64,000 nucleotides of DNA from a virus. Numbering within the stretch: position 1 is the first letter of the stretch; each line of letters begins with the position of its first letter. Positions 57,087 through 64,000 of this stretch are shown one piece after another. Where the stretch lies: the IMG/VR virus record IMGVR_UViG_3300027804_000045, positions 1-64,000 of that record; one strand, written 5' to 3'. Below the pieces are notes generated by a model. That model searched no databases, had not been told where the DNA came from, and saw only the letters and a program-made list of their open reading frames with translations. Position numbers and translations under genes: made by a program.

Positions 57087-57826
57087 TATTGAAATACTTG
57101 ACGATTTGCTTTTCCGTAAATCTTGATATACTTGCCAGCAAGCATATCAGCCATTGCTTCTATGGCACTGCCTGGATAACTGTCACCGTGATCAATCATG
57201 CCTAATTCAGTTTGACGCCAGTGTACGAGTTCGTGGAATACAGTACGTAGTATATCTACTAGATTGCGATTGGCTGCATATACCCAGACACTATCGCTAC
57301 CTTCAATATGGCGTCCGGTATGATGGCCTTGTTGTGCTTCTTCTGTATCGTAACTCAATTCTATCTTAGGTGGATTCTTTATCTTTAGTTTTTGTACGGC
57401 CCAATCTTTGAATTTTTCAACCTCTTTAGCTGTTTCATCCTCATCTTCACGTATAGGACGATTACTTAAATAATTTTTATAAAACCCTGTATCTAAACTT
57501 TTTGGTTTATTTGGTTTAAGTTTTTGCTTGTCTACTGTTCTTTTTATAGCCCATGCTTCTTTATCTTCTTTACCGCGCGGGACAAAGGCTGTATATTCAT
57601 AATCGTCTTTACTAGTTCCGGGGCCTTTTTTTACAGGTTTGGGGTTGAACCCTGCTTTAGGTGGTAGTTTACTACCAATGCCCTCACCACCACCGTCTCC
57701 GCCACCGGCGTCACCTTCACCACCATAGCCTCCATAATAGGCAAATCCTGGGAAGAAATAACGTCCCAACTTGGTTTTCTTTCTACGCTTCTTTTTGCGC
57801 TCTGTGATGAATTCTGTGGCTCGCAT
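57086..57826 (-). CDS. Zincin (HExxH) domain protein with capsid-targeting-like N-terminus
   Basis: MRATEFITE N-terminus; DILRTVFHELVH.RQ...GS.IE..A; TAAATA upstream. Confidence 0.75.
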   Translation of the reverse strand: MRATEFITERKKKRRKKTKLGRYFFPGFAYYGGYGGEGDAGGGDGGGEGIGSKLPPKAGFNPKPVKKGPGTSKDDYEYTAFVPRGKEDKEAWAIKRTVDKQKLKPNKPKSLDTGFYKNYLSNRPIREDEDETAKEVEKFKDWAVQKLKIKNPPKIELSYDTEEAQQGHHTGRHIEGSDSVWVYAANRNLVDILRTVFHELVHWRQTELGMIDHGDSYPGSAIEAMADMLAGKYIKIYGKANRQVFQ

Positions 57827-58004
57827 TAGAGTATTTATCGGGTTTTGTTGCCCACGCGCACATAAAATTTAGTTGGATTCTCTAGTGAACCTATAGCATT
57901 TGCTAGTTTTTTCGCTATATTATAGTCATAGGTGACTAATATGATACGCTCAGTATTAGTCACCATATACCTAATTGGCTGTAAAGGAAGAGCCAATGTT
58001 TGCA

Positions 58005-58580
58005 TTATTTTGCTAGTGGGTTTTCCCATGCTTTCTGTATCTTATCGTCTACTTTTCTTTCAAGTTCTTTTAGTTTCTGATCTGTTTCGCGTTCTATTGT
58101 ACGCAATCTTGCGTTCATGTCACGGTCTGTCACGCCCACAAATCCGCGAACTTCTTTATCAAGTTCACGATTACGTCTTTCAGCAGCATCTATGTCGGCT
58201 TGTAGACTGTCAATGTCGCCCTTTAGGTCTGTACGAACATCACGTATGATATCATTGCTTTCATCTACTAATACTACAGCATTGTCAATCTTCTGCTCTA
58301 GTTTAGTCATACGCTCTTGTATGCCACTCAAGTCTGGGGCAACATATTCTTGTATCTGTGTTTTCATGTCCATGTAGTCTTTATAGAATTCAAATGCTCC
58401 ATAAAGTCCACCTAACACTGTTGATACGATACCACCTGCGATCATCAATTTAGCAGGTGTGAAACTATAGCCACCAATACTGATGACTGTGTTTTCACTC
58501 ATGTACTGTTCTTTGGCGGCTTCTAATTCGTCTACTTTACTATCAATATCTTTATTTTCTGTTTCTTCAATTTTTGGCAT
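58005..58580 (-). CDS. Single-TM coiled-coil protein
   Basis: TM (LMIAGGIVSTVLGGLYGAF), YVAPDLS, heptad-rich C-terminus ending NPLAK; AGGAG SD. Confidence 0.7.
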   Translation of the reverse strand: MPKIEETENKDIDSKVDELEAAKEQYMSENTVISIGGYSFTPAKLMIAGGIVSTVLGGLYGAFEFYKDYMDMKTQIQEYVAPDLSGIQERMTKLEQKIDNAVVLVDESNDIIRDVRTDLKGDIDSLQADIDAAERRNRELDKEVRGFVGVTDRDMNARLRTIERETDQKLKELERKVDDKIQKAWENPLAK

Positions 58581-58590
58581 TTTATATCTC

Positions 58591-58788
58591 CTAATCCCAA
58601 TAGCCTGTTTTAGTTTCTTCACGCCAGGCTTCTAATCTTGTGCGTATACTACTCGGGCTTGTTGGTACACCTAAATAGTTCATCACAACATAATTTTTAT
58701 ACTTTTTATATTCAGCTTGTTCTTCTTTAGTCATATCTTTAAATTCTTTAGATAATAAATATCCCATTCGTGTGTTTGTAGGTATCAT
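58591..58788 (-). CDS. Small hypothetical protein
   Basis: 65 aa; ATGA overlap with the upstream stop. Confidence 0.45.
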   Translation of the reverse strand: MIPTNTRMGYLLSKEFKDMTKEEQAEYKKYKNYVVMNYLGVPTSPSSIRTRLEAWREETKTGYWD

Positions 58789-60857
58789 TTATATTGCTCC
58801 TCAACCATTTGCTTGTAAGTGTCAGTATTGCCTTTCTCTAGGAAATACATACCACGTTTGTTATCGTCATACTTTACATTCTTGTAGATATCTTCTGGCT
58901 TGTACCATATATTGTTGTCATTCAACATAGCACTACGATAACTTGATACATCAGTATCACCACTCATAGCAGCGACGATACCTGATTGATCTGCATCCAT
59001 ATAGTTCTTGTTGATCTCATCTTGTTGTTCTTTGTTGGCAGCAACTACTTCTTCTGCTCTTTTCTCTGCGTCACTCTTTTCGTCTTTGTTATTACCGAGT
59101 ACGCCCAGTATTTCAAGATTAGTAGTGTTTGGTACAACATTGAAAGCGTTTGCGAGATTTGGATCATTTTGTATTGTTACCTTTTCATCTTCTTCAAAAG
59201 CACTAACACTTGTATCTTCTGATTTTTGTTCTGTCTGTGCTAAAACATTTTGTACAAACTCAACATCATCAGTTGAAGTATCAGTTGGCTTGATATCTAT
59301 GTTCATGATATCAGTAAAACTATCAATAGTATCTACTGAACCATCAACACTTTGTTCTATGTTATTTGCTACAACTTCTTCAACAACTGTTTCAACTTTA
59401 TTTTCTTCGGTCATTATCTCAAAATCACTACTATCATTATCAGCAACACTATTATCAATGACATTATCTATAGTGATATTCTCAATAATACTATCATTTG
59501 ATTTAGTTTCACCACTTGCCATAGCTATACTTTCAGCCTGGCTTATGCTATCACTTGCGCTTTGTTCTGTTTGTGATTGTGTCTGAGCCATGCTAACATT
59601 GTTTAGTTGACGACCTGTCTCAAGTAGATCATTGGCACTGTCAATACTATTATCTGCTACAGTTTCATCGTTATCAATTTTATCTTGTTCTTTGGTTTCA
59701 ACTTCGTCATCAACAGTTGATATGTTTGTTCTTGCTGTAGTAGTTGATAATGTTTCTGTAGTTGCTACATTATTACTTGCGGCTGCTTCTGCTACGCTCA
59801 ATGCCAATTCAAGTGTATTTTTACTAATGCTATCGGCAAGTATCTGTGCTTTTTCTTCGTCTGTCAATTCACGATAAGTGACTTCTTTTTCATTAGTTTC
59901 TGCTGGTGTTTCTTCAACAGTAGTTTCTTCGTCTTGTAATAGTTCTTCTAACTCTGTCTCATCAATAGTTTCATCTGCTACAAATACCTCTTCTTCCTCA
60001 TCAGCAATGACTTCTGTGCCATCATCGCTGCCATCATCACTACCTGTGTTATCGTCATCAATAGCAGTTTCATCCGCTAACATCTCTGCTACTTCTTCTG
60101 GATCACTATAGTCTATGATACCATCATCATATAGGTCAAGTGTATTGATAATACAACTTGGGTCATATGGATTCAATGTACAGTCAACACCTATCACTGG
60201 ATCGGGTGCTTCAAGATAACCTATACGAAAATTCACACGGTCTATTGCTGGGCCATAATATCCACCCCAAAAACCTTCATCACGACCATAGAAACTTATG
60301 ATAGCAGATGTGAACAAGAACTCTGATTGTTGTGAACTATACCATCCAACTGCCTTGTAATCGAGTCCGTTCACACCAGGATCACCTGCTTTGAAATAAT
60401 CTGGACCTATAGGTATGAAGTTGAATGAGCCCGCTTCACCCTGTTCTGTGAAAAACTGTACGCTGGCACCAAACAAATCTCTTGGACCATCTGGGTTTTC
60501 GCAATAACCACCTATGCTGTTGTTACAGTTCATTCTATAGAAGAAGTCAAAATAGAATTCAAAACTATTTGTGTTATATTGGCTCAAATCTATATTAGTG
60601 GCTAATGTTGCACCCATATAAGAAAATTGAAAACATTGCCCTTGATTGCTCAATCCACCACATCCGGGTCGTATCGCACCACCACTAAAGTTATCGCCCT
60701 GCAATGTCCAATTGTTTGGTGTAGTACCTATTGGACCATCAAAACTAAAGTCAGGCACAAGATTACCTGTCTGTGTGGCACCAGCATAGGGGCTGACTTC
60801 TTGGGCCATTGCTGGCCCAAATAGTAATAGTGCTAACAATGCCAGTAGTTTTTTCAT
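58785..60857 (-). CDS. Secreted acidic 690-aa protein
   Basis: Signal peptide (AMA-Q); beta-rich N-domain with G.D.GFWGGYYGP; C..NP.DPSC; long D/E/T-rich stalk; C-terminal Y....Y.DN...Y..MVEEQY. Confidence 0.75.
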   Translation of the reverse strand: MKKLLALLALLLFGPAMAQEVSPYAGATQTGNLVPDFSFDGPIGTTPNNWTLQGDNFSGGAIRPGCGGLSNQGQCFQFSYMGATLATNIDLSQYNTNSFEFYFDFFYRMNCNNSIGGYCENPDGPRDLFGASVQFFTEQGEAGSFNFIPIGPDYFKAGDPGVNGLDYKAVGWYSSQQSEFLFTSAIISFYGRDEGFWGGYYGPAIDRVNFRIGYLEAPDPVIGVDCTLNPYDPSCIINTLDLYDDGIIDYSDPEEVAEMLADETAIDDDNTGSDDGSDDGTEVIADEEEEVFVADETIDETELEELLQDEETTVEETPAETNEKEVTYRELTDEEKAQILADSISKNTLELALSVAEAAASNNVATTETLSTTTARTNISTVDDEVETKEQDKIDNDETVADNSIDSANDLLETGRQLNNVSMAQTQSQTEQSASDSISQAESIAMASGETKSNDSIIENITIDNVIDNSVADNDSSDFEIMTEENKVETVVEEVVANNIEQSVDGSVDTIDSFTDIMNIDIKPTDTSTDDVEFVQNVLAQTEQKSEDTSVSAFEEDEKVTIQNDPNLANAFNVVPNTTNLEILGVLGNNKDEKSDAEKRAEEVVAANKEQQDEINKNYMDADQSGIVAAMSGDTDVSSYRSAMLNDNNIWYKPEDIYKNVKYDDNKRGMYFLEKGNTDTYKQMVEEQYK

Positions 60858-62248
60858 CCTACTGGATCTGCCTCTGGCATATCTTCAGTCTTTTCAGCCT
60901 TGCTTTCGTCATTGTCACCAAAGATACTACGGAACCAGCCTTTCTTCTGATCTGGGCGTTCTGTCTTATTCTCAGACCATTGATCGGTTGCCTCTTTACC
61001 AATCTTGCCCATATATGGGCAAGGTGTACCTGCCATTTCCATAGCCTTGAATACACGCTCATCTTGGCACATCAATGACACTGCTGCGACTTTCATGCCC
61101 ATATCATATAATGTCTTTGATAACTTCAAGCGTTCGCAGTTCATATCACGCACAGCCTTACCTGCGCTCATACCAATAACTTGTGTCTGTACCGCACCAC
61201 TGATACCACTCACGCAAACATCTTGGCTATAAGTGCTGATCATTGGGGCTATGGCACTTGCCGGTGGAGCCTTGATCTCTTGCTCTACCTTTGTGATGTT
61301 CTCATTGCGATTGATGTTTGTATTAGTATTTTCTGTCTTTACATTGCTTTGGCTAGTGCTTTCGCTCTTGTTTACATTCTCGTTTTTGTTCACAGCAGTG
61401 CTTGTGCTAACATTCACATTGTTATTATTGTTGGTAGCAGTACTCACATTCTCGTTTTTATTCAAGTTTGTGTTAGTGCTGGTACTGACATTATTGTTAT
61501 TGTTAGTATTGACGCTGGTGCTGTTATTCGTGTTGACATTATTTGAGTTGATGTTGGTGTTGTTATTATTGTTATTATTATAAGTAACCTCACCGCTCAT
61601 GTTATTGTTGTTATTATTTGTGTTTGTGCTTGTAGATGTGTTGATATTGTTATTGGTATTGTTGCTTGTGGTCGTGTTCACATTGTTGTTATTATTAGTA
61701 ACCGTACCGCTCTGTATATTCAAGTTTGTATTTGTGTTTGTATTATTGTTTGTGTTTGTGTTACTGCTTGTAGTCGTATTGACATTATTGTTATTGTTAG
61801 TCAATGTACCACTTTGGATATTGTTATTTGTGTTGACATTATTGTTAGTGCTATTCACAGTGCTTGTGTTCACATTTGTATTTGTGTTAGTACTGGTCGT
61901 AGCATTATTATTGTTATAAGTCACAGTACCACTCATGACATTGTTGTTAGTGTTGGTATTTGTGCTTGTAGTCGTATTCGTGTTTATATTCGTGTTGGTG
62001 TTATCACTAGTACTTGTTGAAGTATTAGTGTTTGTATTTTGATTGACATTGGTAGCAGTACCACTTTGAATATTATAGTTTGTATTAGTATTCGTATTAG
62101 TGTTATCTGTGGTACTTGTAGTATTGCTTGTTGTTGTGACATTGCTTGTAGTATCTACAGTTGAAACCGTAGTTGTCTGTGCCATGGCCACGGTGATCAT
62201 GCCAGTACTAAGCACTGCCAATAGCAAAAGCTTATCGGATCTAAACAT
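60854..62248 (-). CDS. Secreted Asn/Thr-repeat protein with C-terminal Cys-containing domain
   Basis: Signal peptide (AMA-Q); about 300 aa of N/T/S repeats; C-terminal SAIAP...C...NCERLKLSK.L...GMKVAAV..MCQD...AGTPCP. Confidence 0.8.
   Translation of the reverse strand: MFRSDKLLLLAVLSTGMITVAMAQTTTVSTVDTTSNVTTTSNTTSTTDNTNTNTNTNYNIQSGTATNVNQNTNTNTSTSTSDNTNTNINTNTTTSTNTNTNNNVMSGTVTYNNNNATTSTNTNTNVNTSTVNSTNNNVNTNNNIQSGTLTNNNNNVNTTTSSNTNTNNNTNTNTNLNIQSGTVTNNNNNVNTTTSNNTNNNINTSTSTNTNNNNNNMSGEVTYNNNNNNNTNINSNNVNTNNSTSVNTNNNNNVSTSTNTNLNKNENVSTATNNNNNVNVSTSTAVNKNENVNKSESTSQSNVKTENTNTNINRNENITKVEQEIKAPPASAIAPMISTYSQDVCVSGISGAVQTQVIGMSAGKAVRDMNCERLKLSKTLYDMGMKVAAVSLMCQDERVFKAMEMAGTPCPYMGKIGKEATDQWSENKTERPDQKKGWFRSIFGDNDESKAEKTEDMPEADPVG
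61290..62180 (-). repeat. Low-complexity Asn/Thr coding repeat (imperfect tandem units)
   Basis: Recurring NIQSGT(A/L/V)TN and (V/N)MSG(T/E)VTYN units separated by TNTNTN/NNNN runs. Confidence 0.8.
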
Positions 62249-62611
62249 ATATTTTATTCCATATGCCTTCCCCCAAACGCCCCATGCTTTAGGTTCTGGC
62301 TACTTGCTATCCCTATTATTTTTATTTTAGGATAGACTTTTGTATAGTATTATTTATGAGATATCGGTCAAAAATATATCAGTATTTGTTTAGTTTATGC
62401 TTGAGTGCGCTGAACAATTCTGGATCAAGTGTTTTCAGATCCTGCACCCATTGTTCTAGATCAATCTGATGTAATGCTCTGCGAATATCTGCTGCTTCGC
62501 GGTCATAGATATCTAAATCATCCCATTCATGTTCAGGTTTACTGTACAACATATGCTATTACTCCGAACAAAATTATGAGTGCCATAATTATATATACGA
62601 ATGTTCTAAAT

Positions 62612-62842
62612 CTAACCGTGACTCGGAAAAGTTCCATCAAGTACTAGCCTATGTTGTAGTTGACCTTCATTGAAGATATGTAGCATGCCTGGAAATTGTT
62701 CGAACTCAAAAACATATCTTACATCGCCGCGTGTTGTGACAGCGATACCTACAATGATCCCATCTGCTTCATAAGTGCCGCCGGTCTTGCGAACATAGTC
62801 GCCTTCACGAAATTTCAATTCTGGTAAATCAATAGTTGTCAT
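62612..62842 (-). CDS. Small SH3-barrel-like protein
   Basis: KF..GD.VRK.GG.Y...G.IV.......G..RYV.E....G.LHIF...QL. Confidence 0.55.
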   Translation of the reverse strand: MTTIDLPELKFREGDYVRKTGGTYEADGIIVGIAVTTRGDVRYVFEFEQFPGMLHIFNEGQLQHRLVLDGTFPSHG

Positions 62843-63057
62843 ACGTAATCCTTTAGTCCAAAATGTGCGCGAATCTTGTCACCATAATCCTTATAAGGAT
62901 AACTGCTGTTACTATCTGCCACAGTAGCGCATTCTTCTACGATTGCTTCAGCAAAACGCTGTAGTGTATCAGGATTTACTTCCGGGTAGAAACTGCCCCC
63001 GGTGTTGAGGGCGATTTCATAAACTTTTTTAGTGAGTTGTTTAGGTTTGTGATTCAT
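62839..63057 (-). CDS. Small hypothetical protein (paralog of 1718..1942)
   Basis: LQRFAEAIVEEC...IRAHFG. Confidence 0.6.
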   Translation of the reverse strand: MNHKPKQLTKKVYEIALNTGGSFYPEVNPDTLQRFAEAIVEECATVADSNSSYPYKDYGDKIRAHFGLKDYV

Positions 63058-63063
63058 ATATTG

Positions 63064-63092
63064 ATTATATAATCACAAAACTCTTATGTCAA
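63064..63092 (-). promoter_or_regulatory. Sigma70 promoter (perfect consensus)
   Basis: TTGACA-17 bp-TATAAT; the ATG at 63057 implies a near-leaderless mRNA. Confidence 0.8.
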
Positions 63093-63096
63093 TATT

Positions 63097-63240
63097 TTAT
63101 TTGAAAAAGGGTAAAAAAGCCTTGACCTTATCTAAATGTTTTTGTAAATGTTTTTCTTGAAAGTTTTTTGCGAATTGTGGTTGTGGGAAATTCCAACCAA
63201 TAAATGCACCGACTAGTATCCAAAATAGTGTTTCTAACAT
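63097..63240 (-). CDS. Small membrane protein (47 aa, not in ORF track)
   Basis: MLETLFWILVGAFIGWNFPQPQFAKNFQEKHLQKHLDKVKAFLPFFK; AAGGAG SD. Confidence 0.65.
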   Translation of the reverse strand: MLETLFWILVGAFIGWNFPQPQFAKNFQEKHLQKHLDKVKAFLPFFK

Positions 63241-63251
63241 GGTTTTTCTCC

Positions 63252-63734
63252 TTAGTTACACCAACTTTGCTTCTTTTCACCAAAGTAAGCACGGGCGTAA
63301 CCATTTTTGATCAATAGTTCTGATAACTTCTGACCATCTAGGTATACATCGCCCAATACACGACCACCAAACTTATCATGGTCTTTGATTTCAAATTGTA
63401 TGACTTTTGCTTTTGCTACAGCATCTTTAGTGAATGCGCTAGCCTTTTGTGCTAATGCATCTTCGCTAGGACATTGGGCGCGACCGCCCTTCTCTGGTGT
63501 ATCAACACCCAATACACGCAATGATAATACTGGCTTTAGACCTAGATACTGTTGCATGAATGGTGCTTCAAACTGTATAGTATCACCGTCGCTTACTTTG
63601 ACAACTTTATATGAATATAATTGCTGACTGAAGATTTTTGGGCTATAAAATGCTACTGGAAGACCTATTAGTAATCCTACTAAAATATGTTTAGCATAAT
63701 AGTTTATTTTACTTGTCATCATAATCTCCAGCAA
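63252..63734 (-). CDS. Thermonuclease (SNase) family nuclease with N-terminal hydrophobic segment; start uncertain
   Basis: VSDGDT, RVLGVDTPE, DKFGGRVLG, L...GYARAY. Confidence 0.9.
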   Translation of the reverse strand: MLEIMMTSKINYYAKHILVGLLIGLPVAFYSPKIFSQQLYSYKVVKVSDGDTIQFEAPFMQQYLGLKPVLSLRVLGVDTPEKGGRAQCPSEDALAQKASAFTKDAVAKAKVIQFEIKDHDKFGGRVLGDVYLDGQKLSELLIKNGYARAYFGEKKQSWCN

Positions 63735-64000
63735 ATCCGCTCATATAACGACTGCCCTTGATCTTTCCTAATTCTGGCTTTTTGAATTCTTGCTTTAGTG
63801 AAGCCATGAAGCCCTCTAGGCTGTTGCTTGCTTGATTTTGCAATGATTCTTTATCGGATGGATTTAGACCCATATACTTTTTGACAAAAGCAGCAATCTG
63901 ATCCATTGACAACTTAGCCTTCTTACCATCTTTGAATAGTATAGGATAGTTGCCATCAACATCGATTGCCTTACGCAACTGCATCAGGATATGAGGAACT
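63709..64000 (-). CDS. Hypothetical protein, 3' part (continues beyond window)
   Basis: Frame stays open to the window edge (VPHILMQLRKAID...). Confidence 0.6.
   Translation of the reverse strand, partial: VPHILMQLRKAIDVDGNYPILFKDGKKAKLSMDQIAAFVKKYMGLNPSDKESLQNQASNSLEGFMASLKQEFKKPELGKIKGSRYMSGFAGDYDDK

Noticed and set aside
61181-62330. Plus-strand Leu/Val-rich ORFs that look like multi-TM proteins
   Set aside because: They are antisense shadows of the AAY/ACN codon repeats of the Asn/Thr protein, with no SD or independent support.
1-64000. Stop-codon reassignment as in some large phages
   Set aside because: Core genes (PolB, ligase, ClpX, GuaC) are uninterrupted in the standard code and the window tiles densely.

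Overview
This window is part of the genome of a large lytic dsDNA phage with distant T4-like replication genes. It is AT-rich, densely coding, uses the standard genetic code and is transcribed mostly on the minus strand. I found no capsid or tail genes, tRNAs, CRISPR array or integrase. Contents from left to right: (1) 0-4.3 kb, small early ORFs behind near-consensus sigma70 promoters with a shared leader and an upstream operator-like motif; (2) 4.3-10.5 kb, a proteostasis block (ClpP, SprT-like protease, ClpS, Hsp20 with a ROSE-like leader, ribosomal protein bS21, ClpX) plus a candidate structured RNA; (3) 10.5-17.4 kb, envelope proteins, a membrane protein split at an A-AAA-AAG slippery run, and an ATP-dependent ligase; (4) 17.5-22 kb, an RM-like cassette (helicase/nuclease, degenerate MTase, SPPY MTase); (5) 23-31.5 kb, a 5' exonuclease (Rnh), a GIY-YIG-like ORF, an MTase flanked by 31-bp direct repeats, UvsE and a GP88-like Fe-S protein; (6) 31.5-54.8 kb, one long co-oriented block of PolB, sliding clamp, DpdA-type transglycosylase, DpdL-like T-fold protein, FolE, QueD, QueE (no QueC or QueF seen), two glycosyltransferases, GalE, two TagD-like cytidylyltransferases, a purine PRTase, GuaC, SufE, an MBD4-like glycosylase, SGNH-like proteins and a sulfotransferase; (7) 54.9-64 kb, a PHP-less mini-DnaE, a zincin with a capsid-targeting-like N-terminus, a secreted Asn/Thr-repeat cassette and a thermonuclease. 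The best candidate for an undescribed system is a replisome-tethered, QueC-independent 7-deazaguanine DNA modification pathway, possibly glycosylated. The DpdA-like enzyme shares the polymerase's C-terminal FDxLFS motif, a putative clamp-binding peptide. All family assignments come from motif recognition by eye; no searches were run.
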